Shown piece by piece: positions 1 to 7,376 of a stretch of DNA of 32,000 nt. The notes under the pieces were generated by a model. The model searched no databases, was not told the origin of the DNA, and saw nothing but the letters and a program-made list of their open reading frames with translations. The stretch spans positions 450,001-482,000 of the forward strand of contig NZ_CP010904.1 of the NCBI RefSeq assembly GCF_001017655.1, written 5' to 3'. A program made the position numbers and the translations under genes. The stretch is from Kiritimatiella glycovorans (GTDB taxonomy: Bacteria; Verrucomicrobiota; Kiritimatiellia; Kiritimatiellales; Kiritimatiellaceae). The first letter of the stretch is position 1. Each line of letters opens with the position of its first letter.

Positions 1-945
1 GTCGTGGTGGGCATCAACCTTGCCGTGATCGCGTCCTACCTGCTCTCCTTTGAAGGACAATGGCGGTGGATGTTCGCGTCCGAGATCATTCCGATTCTGT
101 TCCTGATCACCGGACTGTTTTTCGTGCCGTGCAGTCCTCGCTGGCTGGTGGCGCGCGGGCGGCGCGACGATGCGCTTTCCGTGCTGATACGGATCAACGG
201 GCCGGAGCAGGCGGCGCGGGAAGTGCAGGAGATTCGCGATGAGCTGCGCGAGGAGACGGGGCGTTTTCGCGAACTGCTCCTGCCCGGTGTGCGCCGCGCG
301 CTCCTGATCGGTATCGTGATCATGATTTTCTCGCAGATCAACGGCGTGAATATGATGTTGATCTATGGCCCGACCATTCTCGTCGAGGCGGGGATCGGTA
401 CGGCCTCGCAGGCGATCTTCTTCACGATTTTTCTGAACCTCGTCATCCTCATCTGTACGATCATCGCTTTCTGGCTGGTGCAGTGTTTCGGGCGGCGTCA
501 GATCATGATCGGCGGGGTCAGCGTAATGGTCCTCGGTCACCTGCTGATGTCCGCGACGTTCTTTCTGCGCGGTTCCCCGTTTCTCAATCTCGGGGCGATG
601 TTCCTCGCCGCCGGGGCGTTCACACTCAGTCTCGCCCCGCTGAGCTGGGTGATCATCTCGGAGATCTTTCCGAACCAGATTCGGGCCAAGGCGGTCGCGG
701 TGGTCTGCAGCATCCTCTATCTCTCGTCGTTTCTCTGTGCCCAGTTTTTCCCCATGATCACCGGGGGATTCGAGGCGCGGGCCGGTCATCCGGGCGGTGC
801 CTACCTGATCTTCGCGACGATCTGCGCGCTCTGCGTGCTGTTTACCTGGAAGATGCTTCCGGAGACGAAAGACCAGACGCTTGAATCTATCGGCCGATTC
901 TGGCTTCACTACGATAAAGGACCCGGAGGATCTGCGGATTCGTGA
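1..945 (+). CDS. MFS sugar-porter family transporter (sugar:H+ symporter type); 5' end lies outside the window
   Basis: The ORF is open to the left window edge. It carries the sugar-porter loop motif PCSPRWLVARGRRDDA (PESPRWL-like) and the C-terminal PETKDQTLESI (PETKG-x-LEEI-like). Multiple hydrophobic helices are present (for example IFFTIFLNLVILICTIIAFWLV). Confidence 0.85.
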   Translation, partial: VVVGINLAVIASYLLSFEGQWRWMFASEIIPILFLITGLFFVPCSPRWLVARGRRDDALSVLIRINGPEQAAREVQEIRDELREETGRFRELLLPGVRRALLIGIVIMIFSQINGVNMMLIYGPTILVEAGIGTASQAIFFTIFLNLVILICTIIAFWLVQCFGRRQIMIGGVSVMVLGHLLMSATFFLRGSPFLNLGAMFLAAGAFTLSLAPLSWVIISEIFPNQIRAKAVAVVCSILYLSSFLCAQFFPMITGGFEARAGHPGGAYLIFATICALCVLFTWKMLPETKDQTLESIGRFWLHYDKGPGGSADS

Positions 946-977
946 TGCGCCCCCGCACAAGGGGAGGAGGTGAGCCC

Positions 978-1802
978 ATGATATCGCCCGTGATCGATCG
1001 CGTGCAATACGGGTACGCCTGTTTCGACGAAACGAGCCACCCCTACGAGCGGCTGCACACCCATCCGGATCTCGAACTGGGAATGCTTTCCGGCGGTGCG
1101 GTCACCGCCATGATCGCCGGCCGGCGCTACCGGTTTGGCGGGGGTGAGATCGTGGCCTTCTGGGCCGGGCTTCCGCATGGGCCGGTCGAGGTGGAGGGGT
1201 CGCCCTGTGCGCACAACCTCTGCGTCCCGATGGATCGGCTGCGCTCATGGAATCTCCCCGTCGCGTTTATCTCCGCTCTCTACCGCGGACGGGTCTTCAG
1301 GCTGCACCGCACGCACCCCGCCGCGAACTGGGTGGAGTGGAAACAGCTTCTCGACGGAGAGGATGATACGGGCCGCACCATCGCCTCACTCGAGATCAAC
1401 GCCCTGCTGCTTCGAATGATCCGCCACCATCAATTCGTTCGCAGCGCGCACGATAAAAACGGGACTCCGACGAACCTGCGCTGCTACCAGGAGATCGCCA
1501 CGTATATCGCGGCGCACAAGAGCGATCCGATTACGGTGGGGGACATTCTGAAGCACGCCTCGGTGCACCCGAAGTACGCGATGCGTATCTTCAAACAGAG
1601 CTGCGGAATGACGATTCATGAATATCTCGTCCTGCAGCGCATGAATACCGCGCGCCATCTCCTGACCACCACCGACCGGAATGTCACCGACATCGCCTTC
1701 GAGTCGGGCTTCGGTTCGGTCAGCCGGTTCTATGATGCCTTTTCTTCCGCGCATGGCTGTACGCCGGGCGAATACCGCCGCCGCTTCCTGAACGCGGGAT
1801 AA
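978..1802 (+). CDS. AraC/XylS-family transcriptional regulator (cupin sensor domain plus double HTH)
   Basis: The N-terminal region is cupin-like (HTHPDLELGMLSGG...GEIVAFWAGLPHG). The C-terminal region is an AraC HTH (ITVGDILKHASVHPKYAMRIFKQSCGMTIHEYLVLQRMNTARHLL...VTDIAFESGFGSVSRFYDAFSSAHGCTPGEYRR). A GGAGGAGG Shine-Dalgarno lies just upstream of ATG 978. The longest ORF starts at GTG 942 and overlaps the transporter stop codon. Confidence 0.85.
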   Translation: MISPVIDRVQYGYACFDETSHPYERLHTHPDLELGMLSGGAVTAMIAGRRYRFGGGEIVAFWAGLPHGPVEVEGSPCAHNLCVPMDRLRSWNLPVAFISALYRGRVFRLHRTHPAANWVEWKQLLDGEDDTGRTIASLEINALLLRMIRHHQFVRSAHDKNGTPTNLRCYQEIATYIAAHKSDPITVGDILKHASVHPKYAMRIFKQSCGMTIHEYLVLQRMNTARHLLTTTDRNVTDIAFESGFGSVSRFYDAFSSAHGCTPGEYRRRFLNAG

Positions 1803-1825
1803 CCCTAACCGCTGTGGTGGTTCAT

Positions 1826-2042
1826 CTCCGGCGGGACGGCTTCCACGCCGTCCGAAAAGAGAGATCACAAATCCTGGAGGGACGGCTTCCACGCCGTCCG
1901 AAACGTATGATCACGTACGCCCTGGAGGGACGGCTGCCACGCCGTCCGTAACGTATGATCAGGTACGCCCTGGAGGGACGGCTTCCACGCCGTCCGAAAA
2001 GAGAGATCACGAATCCTGGAGGGACGGCTTCCACGCCGTCCG
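1826..2042 (+). repeat. Tandem array of 5 REP-like palindromic units (type A)
   Basis: There are five direct copies of CCTGGAGGGACGGCT[T/G]CCACGCCGTCCG at 1826-1854 (head degenerate), 1873-1900, 1921-1948, 1969-1996 and 2015-2042, with a period of 46-48 bp. The core is a 7-bp stem GGACGGC/GCCGTCC with a 6-nt loop. The ~20-nt linkers fall into two recurring types, AAAAGAGAGATCAC[A/G]AAT and [A/T]AACGTATGATCA[C/G]GTACG. Both linker types contain GATC. Confidence 0.9.
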
Positions 2043-2093
2043 TAAGGATGCCTTCAACCCCGCCCCCATTCACCCTTAAACCAAGGGAAACAC

Positions 2094-2849
2094 ATGGATG
2101 CTGGACAAATTAATAAAAATGACCCGCGACGGGATGGGCCCCGCCCGGGAAAGGAGGGACGTAATGGAAGCCGTGCCTCCAGGGAGAAGCCTGGCGAAAT
2201 GGCCTCCACGCGGTCCCAAGAATTGCAACCGGACCGAAAGACTCCGGCCCACACGCCGGTATATGAAACCGGAAATCGCGCTATCATTATATTTCTCACC
2301 GTCTGCACAAAGAACCGTCACCGCAAACTCGCGTGTGATGAAATACACTCGCTCCTGCTCAATGCCTGGAGTCTGGCGGATCGTTGGGTTGTCGGGCGGT
2401 ACCTGATTATGCCGGATCATCTACACCTCTTTTGCGCGCCGGGGATCTGGCCGCCTTCACCGGCGAGAAAATGGGTTGAATATTGGAAGGGGGCGGTGGC
2501 CCGAGCCTTGAAAGGGCGCGGCCCGCTCGTGGAGGGGAGGGGACGGGGTGGAACCCTGGGACGGGGTGGAACCCGTCCCTCCAAAGCAACCGAAGCGACG
2601 GCTGCCACGCCGTCCGTAACGTATGATCAGGTACGCCCTGGAGGGACGGCTTCCACGCCGTCCATAAAGAAGAAATGGCCGAGTCCCTTCTGGCAACGTG
2701 ACTGTTGGGACAGGCAGTTACGTCGCGGTCAGAGCTACAGCGAAAAATGGGCGTATGTCCAAAATAATCCCGTTCGGGCGGGGCTGTGTGCGACTCCTGA
2801 AGAATGGCCTTTCCAGGGATGCGTAACGGATTTGATGTGGCATGACTGA
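2094..2849 (+). CDS. REP-associated tyrosine transposase (RAYT; IS200/IS605 TnpA-like Y1 HUH enzyme) carrying an in-frame REP-derived insertion
   Basis: The first beta strand reads RAIIIFLTVCTKNR. The HUH motif is IMPDHLHLF (H109/H111). FWQRDCWDRQL follows, and the catalytic-Tyr helix is WAYVQNNPVRAGL (Y221). The spacing between HUH and Tyr is about 110 aa. It becomes about 62 aa, which is canonical, once the REP-derived segment (aa ~144-191) is removed. The start is uncertain: ATG 2094 gives the longest ORF, while ATG 2199 (M36) gives a more canonical N-terminus. Residues 1-45 are encoded by decayed REP sequence. Confidence 0.8.
   Translation: MDAGQINKNDPRRDGPRPGKEGRNGSRASREKPGEMASTRSQELQPDRKTPAHTPVYETGNRAIIIFLTVCTKNRHRKLACDEIHSLLLNAWSLADRWVVGRYLIMPDHLHLFCAPGIWPPSPARKWVEYWKGAVARALKGRGPLVEGRGRGGTLGRGGTRPSKATEATAATPSVTYDQVRPGGTASTPSIKKKWPSPFWQRDCWDRQLRRGQSYSEKWAYVQNNPVRAGLCATPEEWPFQGCVTDLMWHD
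2156..2216. repeat. Decayed inverted REP doublet overlapping the 5' end of the RAYT ORF
   Basis: GGGACGTAATGGAAGCCGTGCCTCC-AGGGAGAAGCCTGGCGAAATGGCCTCCACGCGGTCC is colinear with the doublet at 2892-2952 (GGGACGGGGTGGAACCCGTCCCTCC-AGGAGAAGCCCGGCGAAATGGCTTCCACGTTGTCC). Its hairpin potential is largely lost. Confidence 0.55.
2531..2663. repeat. Composite REP doublet (REPIN-like) located inside the RAYT coding sequence
   Basis: The element starts with a partial arm, GGGGACGGGGTGGAACCC (2538-2555). A reverse-orientation REP follows, GGGACGGGGTGGAACCCGTCCCTCC (2558-2582). Next is a forward REP with a degenerate head, GACGGCTGCCACGCCGTC (2597-2614). Then comes the type-2 linker TAACGTATGATCAGGTACG and a perfect forward REP, CCTGGAGGGACGGCTTCCACGCCGTCC (2637-2663). 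The architecture matches the element at 2851-2997. Confidence 0.85.
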
Positions 2850-2850
2850 A

Positions 2851-3021
2851 GGTGGAACCGGACGGGCTGGAACCGGACGGGGTGGAACCCGGGGACGGGG
2901 TGGAACCCGTCCCTCCAGGAGAAGCCCGGCGAAATGGCTTCCACGTTGTCCGAAAAGAGAGATCACGAGTCCTGGAGGGACGGCTTCCACGCCGTCCATA
3001 ACCAATGATCACGTACGCCCT
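2851..3021. repeat. REP cluster immediately 3' of the RAYT stop codon: stuttered arm repeats, one reverse REP, one decayed forward REP and one intact forward REP
   Basis: Three stuttered arm-plus-loop copies of GACGGG[C/G]TGGAACC lie at 2851-2891. The reverse REP lies at 2892-2916. A decayed forward copy ends at 2952. The linker AAAAGAGAGATCACGAGT follows, then the intact forward REP at 2971-2997, then the linker remnant ATAACCAATGATCACGTACGCCCTG ending at 3021. Confidence 0.85.
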
Positions 3022-3034
3022 GAATTTCCGCCTG

Positions 3035-4594
3035 TTACCCGGGAGCCGGGCAGTAGAGGTTCCTGTTTTTCTTAACCTGCCCGGCGTCGCCCTCGGCGGG
3101 GATCGCCGCGCGCACGGCGTCCCATCCCTCAAGCAATCGGTCGATCAGCGTCTCGACCACATCGGCATACGCCGGGTCTGCGGCGCGGTTGCGGTTTTCC
3201 TGCGGGTCGATCGCGTGGTCGTAGAGTTCGACGGAATCAATGGTGATCTCGTCGCGCGATTTCGGCAGCGGTCCGGGATTGCGCGGGGGCGCTTCGATCC
3301 ACAGGACCAGCCGGTACCGGTCGGTGCGCATGGCGTAGCCGGCGACTCCTTCGTTACGGCGCCCCATCACGCTGAAGGCCGCGGGCTTCCAGGCGCGATC
3401 GGGATCATCGAGCAGCGGAGCCATGCTGGTGCCGTGCAGGTGCTCCGGCTTATCCAGCCCGCACAGATCGCACAGGGTGGGGTAGAGGTCGACCAGTTCG
3501 ACGAGCGCGTCGCTCTCGCCGAGCGAACGGCCGGGCGGTGAGACGATCATCGCCGTGCGCGTATCGAGTTCGCAGTTGGAGAGCTTGCTCCACGCGTCGT
3601 GTTCGCCGAGCTTCCAGCCGTGATCGCCCCAGAGCACCACCACGGTGTTTTCCCGCAGCCCCAGGCGGTCGAGTTCCCGCAGGAGTTTGCCAATCTGGGC
3701 GTCGACGAAACTTACGCAGGCGCGGTAGCCGTGGATCAGTTTTTTCTGCATGGCGATATCGAGATTCCCCGTGTCGGTGTACTGCCCGAGCTCAAATCGG
3801 GGGTAGATCGCATAGGGCGGGGCGTCGATCGGATAGAACTGATTGTCCGGCAGCTCGATCGCCTCGCGGTCATAAAGATCCCAGTACCTCTTCGGCGCGA
3901 CAAAGGGGAGGTGCGGTTTAATGAATCCGGCGGCGAGGAAGAAGGGGCGGTTGCGCAATTCGCGCAGTTTAGCGATGGCGCGCGCCGCGATCTTTCCGTC
4001 GTAGAGCGTTTCGTCATCCACGTCCGGCGCCTCGGTGGAGAGCGCCGTCACAAAATGGTTCGTCCATTCGGACACGGGCACGCCCAGTTTCTTCGCCTGC
4101 GGCGCGAAATCCTTCTCGGCCGCCTCGATCCCCTCCGGCGTGTAATAGTACCGCGGGCCGGGATAGTAGTGCGGTTCCGACCAGCTCGTGTCCGGGTTCA
4201 TGTCCTGTCCCGGGCCGGCTTCTGCGAAACAGGGGTGGTAGATTTTACCCATCCCCGCCGCGTAATAGCCGTTGGTTTTGAACCATTCCGACAGGTGGGG
4301 GCGGCGATTCGGGTGGCCGGGCCGGATGCCGCTCATCAGGCTCTGACGCGAGGGTGCGCAGTGTGAGAACTGGCAGTAGGCCCGTGAGAAGCGCATCCCG
4401 CGTTCCGCCAGCGCGTCGATGTGCGGACTGTGGACTTCATCGTTTCCGTAACAGTCCAGCTCCGGCCGCAAGTCGTCGACCGCGATGAAGAGGACATTGA
4501 GCTGTTGGCCGGGCTTCGCACTCGCCGCCCGGCCGCCTGCCGCTGTCAGAGCCGAGAGGGCCGTGCCCCTCGCCAGAAAAGAACGTCGTTTCAT
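3035..4594 (-). CDS. S1-family sulfatase, iduronate-2-sulfatase-like, exported via Tat
   Basis: The twin-arginine signal is MKRRSFLARGTALSALTAAGGRAASA. The N-terminal sequence VLFIAVDDLRPELDCYGNDEVHSPHIDALAERG closely resembles IDS-type sulfatases. The formylglycine motif is SHCAPSRQSLMSG (C-x-P-x-R). A GGAGGAAGG RBS lies upstream of the ATG. Confidence 0.9.
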   Translation of the reverse strand: MKRRSFLARGTALSALTAAGGRAASAKPGQQLNVLFIAVDDLRPELDCYGNDEVHSPHIDALAERGMRFSRAYCQFSHCAPSRQSLMSGIRPGHPNRRPHLSEWFKTNGYYAAGMGKIYHPCFAEAGPGQDMNPDTSWSEPHYYPGPRYYYTPEGIEAAEKDFAPQAKKLGVPVSEWTNHFVTALSTEAPDVDDETLYDGKIAARAIAKLRELRNRPFFLAAGFIKPHLPFVAPKRYWDLYDREAIELPDNQFYPIDAPPYAIYPRFELGQYTDTGNLDIAMQKKLIHGYRACVSFVDAQIGKLLRELDRLGLRENTVVVLWGDHGWKLGEHDAWSKLSNCELDTRTAMIVSPPGRSLGESDALVELVDLYPTLCDLCGLDKPEHLHGTSMAPLLDDPDRAWKPAAFSVMGRRNEGVAGYAMRTDRYRLVLWIEAPPRNPGPLPKSRDEITIDSVELYDHAIDPQENRNRAADPAYADVVETLIDRLLEGWDAVRAAIPAEGDAGQVKKNRNLYCPAPG

Positions 4595-4622
4595 GAGGCC
4601 TTCCTCCGTGTTGCCGGGTCAG

Positions 4623-4652
4623 GGATGGTTCTGCAATACAGCAGAACCATCC
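4623..4652 (-). other. Perfect 12-bp stem / 6-nt loop hairpin between the GH78 remnant and the sulfatase gene
   Basis: The sequence is GGATGGTTCTGC-AATACA-GCAGAACCATCC. It lies 15 nt past the GH78-remnant stop and 29 nt before the sulfatase ATG on the minus strand. No U-tract follows it, so a role as an intrinsic terminator is uncertain. Confidence 0.5.
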
Positions 4653-4666
4653 TCCGGAGTCCGGCT

Positions 4667-6481
4667 TTACCGATGGCATCCCGGACGGACGATCTCGCCG
4701 CCCACGTTGAACGTGAGACGCCGTCTCTCCACGTCCGTGGTATTCTTCTCGTAGAGTGGCCAGGCGTCGAAGTTGTACGCCCAGGCCATCATCGTCGTGA
4801 TGCACTGCCAGCAACTCCGTTCGCGGCCGGAGTCCGACTGAAACTTGTGCTGGGCGGCCTGCAGCGCCGTGCGCGCCAGGGCCTCGTGGATCCGGTTGAG
4901 CAGGTCGTTGGAGCATGTGAAGTGAAACGTCGGTTCGAGGTCGTTCGCGATTGAGAGGCCCTTGAGCATGTCGAGATCGGGGGCTTCGGGGAGGCCTTCG
5001 ACCTGCACGTAACGAAAGGCGTGGCGCGTGTACGACGGGGTCCACGTCTCGCCTCCGCCCTTGCAGACGTAGACGCCGACCTGGTTCGCGGCCATGCGGC
5101 CGATTTCGTGACGAAGTCCGTCCCGGCCGAGCGATTCGACGTAACGCAGGGTAAGGGTTGTCCCGGCGGGGGCGTCGATGTTTAACCGTGCGTATCCGAA
5201 GAGCTGGACGCCCATATCGAAGACCCATACGCCGGGCTTCGGATTCGTGAGCGCAACCGGATCGGCGGTCTCCACGACGCGAAGCGGCGGTACGGTCTGG
5301 GCCTTGAGCGCGGGAACGGGCGGATCGATCATTTCCGCTTCGTGCCAGCCGGTATCATCGAATCCGTGCCGCGTCCACCCGGTCATCTCGCGCCGCGCGT
5401 CATAGACGTTGCCGGCGAAGGTGTTATTTTTCAGCAGCGGTCCGTCCATCGTGCAGGTCCAGTTCCCGTCGCTGACGACCCGGCGGAGGGTGCCGTCATC
5501 GCCCTCGAGTTCGAGCTGCGCGATCAGCCCGTGGCGGCCGTGGCCCGCCGGTTCGCCCGGCCGGGCGAAGGCGACGGTCTGGCGGTAGAAGCCGTCGCCG
5601 AGCCGGATGCCGATCGCGTTCTCGCCCGGGCGAACGAAGTCGCTGACATCGTACGTCACATAGTACGCGCGCCGATCATAATCGGTCTGAGCCGGATCGA
5701 GTTCGCGCGCATCCAAGTCCTGGCCGTTGATCCGGATGGTCTGGCATCCGAGGCCGCTGACGTAGAGGGTGGCGCGGTGGACGGGTGCGGTCACCCGGAA
5801 GGTACGCCGGAACATCGGCGCGGGCTGAAGCTCCTGAAGCCGCTCCTCTCCCCACGCCCAGCCGTCGATCTCTTTCGGAATGAAATACCGCACGTGGATA
5901 CGCGTCGCTTCGATCCAGCGGTCGATGGCGTCCGAGGCCGGGACATGCGAGGGGGCGGCCCAGTGGTCCCACGGGATCGTCCGCGTCCAGGGACGAAAGA
6001 GGTCGCTTTCGGTCCACGCCGCTTCCGGGACCCCGATCCATTGCGCCTTCCAATCCTCTGCCTCGAGCAGACCCATGCTCCACCTGGAAGGTACGCTCCA
6101 GGGGCCCGCCTTTCCGCGTTCGTCCCAGGCGCGGACTTTCCAGTAGACCCTCTGTTTGCTCGAGAGGGGACGGCCCGCGTAAGTGATTTCGAGCGTTTCC
6201 CCCGAGGCCACGCGGCCGCTGTCCCAGAGGTCGCCCCGGTCCCGTTCCAGAAGATCGGGCGTCGAGGCGACCAGTACGCGATACGCCGTCTGATGCGCCC
6301 CGCGCACGGGCGGCTCTTCCGCGCGCAGCGTCCAACTCAGCCGGGGGTGCGTCGCATCGGTTCCAAGCGGCCGGTCGCGATATTCACAGCGCAGGTTCAC
6401 CGGCTCCAGTGCCGCCGATGCGAGGCCCGCCCCGAGAAGAAGGCACAGGCCACTTCGTACGGTGATCTGTACGATTTTCAT
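4667..6481 (-). pseudogene. GH78 alpha-L-rhamnosidase remnant: N-terminal and beta-sandwich domains are present, and the catalytic (alpha/alpha)6 domain is truncated
   Basis: The signal peptide is MKIVQITVRSGLCLLLGAGLASAA. The N-terminal region is classic GH78 (LRCEYRDRPLGTDATHPRLSWTL...QTAYRVLVAS...LWDSGRVASGETLEITYAGRPLSSKQRVYWKVRAWD). The central region VWVFDMGVQLFGYARLNI...FRYVQVEGLP...FHFTCSNDLLNRIH is also present. The ORF ends about 55 aa after the point where the six-hairpin catalytic domain should begin. The motif there is degenerate: SDSGRERSCWQC, where TDCPQR(D)ERLGWTGD is expected. The sulfatase gene starts only 73 bp downstream, so there is no room for the missing ~350-400 aa. 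An alternative ATG lies at 6517. Confidence 0.6.
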
Positions 6482-6619
6482 GTTTCGAATTGTATCACAT
6501 GCCCGTGTGATGGACATTCCTGTTTTGGACCCGGATCATTCCCGCAGGGTAATCGCTGAATCGTGTGATCCGGATGGAACGGGGAGGGGAACCATCCTCG
6601 AGAGTTGAGTACGTGTACC

Positions 6620-7342
6620 ATGCGCTATCATTGCGACCTGCATATTCACACCTGCCTCTCGCCCTGCGGCTCGCTCGACCAGTCGCCCGCGGCGGTCGTG
6701 CGGGCGGCGAAGGACGCGGGGCTCGATGCGATCGCGATCGCCGACCACAACAGCGCGTTGAACGCGGCGGTCACGGCGCGTCTGGCCCGGGATGCCGGAC
6801 TCGCCTGCCTGTGCGGCCTGGAGGTCACGACGATTGAGGAAGCCCACGTGCTCTGTCTTTTCGACGCACCGGGTCCGGCGGAGGAGCTGGGTGAAATCAT
6901 ATACCGCCAGTTTCCGGAGCGGGCGCGCGTGGACGGGCTGGCGGAAGAACAGCTCGTTGTGGACGAAGAGGAGCGCGTCCTCGGTTCGGTCGACCGCTTT
7001 CTCGTCGCCGCCTCCGCGTTCAGCGTGGCCGAACTGGAGCCCGAGGTGCTGGGGCGCGGCGGTCTCTTCATCCCGTCCCACCTCGACCGCGAATTGTTCA
7101 GTCTGGAAAGTCAGCTCGGGTTCCTGCCCGAGGGACGTTACGACGCCGTCGAGCTGACCCGTCCGCCGGAGAACCAGCGCACCTATCTCGGTTATCCGGT
7201 CATCGCCACCTCGGACGCCCATGCTCCCGGCCAGATCGGCCGTCGCCATACCCGCATCGAAGCCGAGACCTTCTCGGTCGCCGCGATCCGGGAGGCGCTT
7301 GCCGCCGGTCGCGCCACGCCCGTGTGGCACCCCGTATATTAA
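6620..7342 (+). CDS. PHP-domain metal-dependent phosphoesterase
   Basis: The N-terminal PHP motif is MRYHCDLHIHTCLSPCGSLD...AGLDAIAIADHNS. Later His/Asp motifs are present (FIPSHLDRE, ATSDAHAPGQIG). An alternative TTG start lies at 6605. Confidence 0.8.
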   Translation: MRYHCDLHIHTCLSPCGSLDQSPAAVVRAAKDAGLDAIAIADHNSALNAAVTARLARDAGLACLCGLEVTTIEEAHVLCLFDAPGPAEELGEIIYRQFPERARVDGLAEEQLVVDEEERVLGSVDRFLVAASAFSVAELEPEVLGRGGLFIPSHLDRELFSLESQLGFLPEGRYDAVELTRPPENQRTYLGYPVIATSDAHAPGQIGRRHTRIEAETFSVAAIREALAAGRATPVWHPVY

Positions 7343-7376
7343 CCCGGGAAATCAGAGCTCGGTTTCGTCGACGAAC

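Larger units (their letters stand above)
1826..3021. mobile_element. REP/RAYT module: Y1 HUH transposase gene embedded in arrays of short palindromic repeats
   Basis: Tandem hairpin repeats lie on the left (1826-2042) and a decayed doublet lies at 2156-2216. The transposase ORF spans 2094-2849 and carries a REP doublet inside it (2531-2663). A further doublet plus a forward copy starts 2 nt after the stop codon (2851-3021). Confidence 0.7.

Noticed and set aside
1826-2042. CRISPR-like appearance: 28-nt palindromic direct repeats regularly spaced by ~20-nt spacers, next to a nuclease-like gene.
   Set aside because: The spacers are only about 19-20 nt and fall into two recurring sequence types rather than being unique. 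No cas genes are present. The adjacent gene is an HUH Y1 transposase. The same repeat occurs singly, inverted and with 9-nt linkers elsewhere. A REP/BIME-type element fits better.
1822-3132. ORFs running through the REP clusters (for example 1822-2073 minus, 2407-3132 minus, 2718-3005 minus and 2842-3075 plus), which encode GRRGSRPSR-type repeats.
   Set aside because: They are open on both strands and in several frames only because the repeat lacks stop codons. Their translations are low-complexity echoes of the repeat, and they overlap the well-supported RAYT ORF.
4437-5228. Possibility that the missing GH78 catalytic domain continues in another frame (263-aa minus-strand ORF at 4437-5228) after a frameshift.
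   Set aside because: That ORF overlaps the conserved in-frame GH78 sequence and the sulfatase start. Its translation is Arg/Pro-rich low complexity with no GH78 six-hairpin motifs. The sulfatase has its own RBS and Tat signal at 4594, which leaves no space.
6494-6511. Palindrome ATCACA-N6-TGTGAT just upstream of the GH78 remnant start. It is reminiscent of CRP/FNR half-sites, and a third TGTGAT lies at 6564-6569.
   Set aside because: The half-sites are in the opposite order to the CRP consensus (TGTGA-N6-TCACA), and a 6-bp arm is short. The palindrome would lie inside the coding region if the upstream ATG 6517 is used. It may be an operator, but I cannot support that from sequence alone.
4644-6599. 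Shared 11-mer GAACCATCCTC at 4644-4654 and 6589-6599. In both places it is the right arm of a GGATGG...CCATCC stem, and the two sites flank the GH78 remnant like element ends.
   Set aside because: The copies are in direct rather than inverted orientation, and the second stem is only 6 bp. No transposase or target-site duplication is visible. A chance match plus an RBS-complement-like CCTCC is as likely.
7364-7375. 12-bp perfect palindrome TTCGTCGACGAA between the convergent PHP and beta-helix genes.
   Set aside because: It is too short to form a stable terminator hairpin, and it has no loop or U-tract. It contains a SalI-type GTCGAC site, and nothing further can be inferred.
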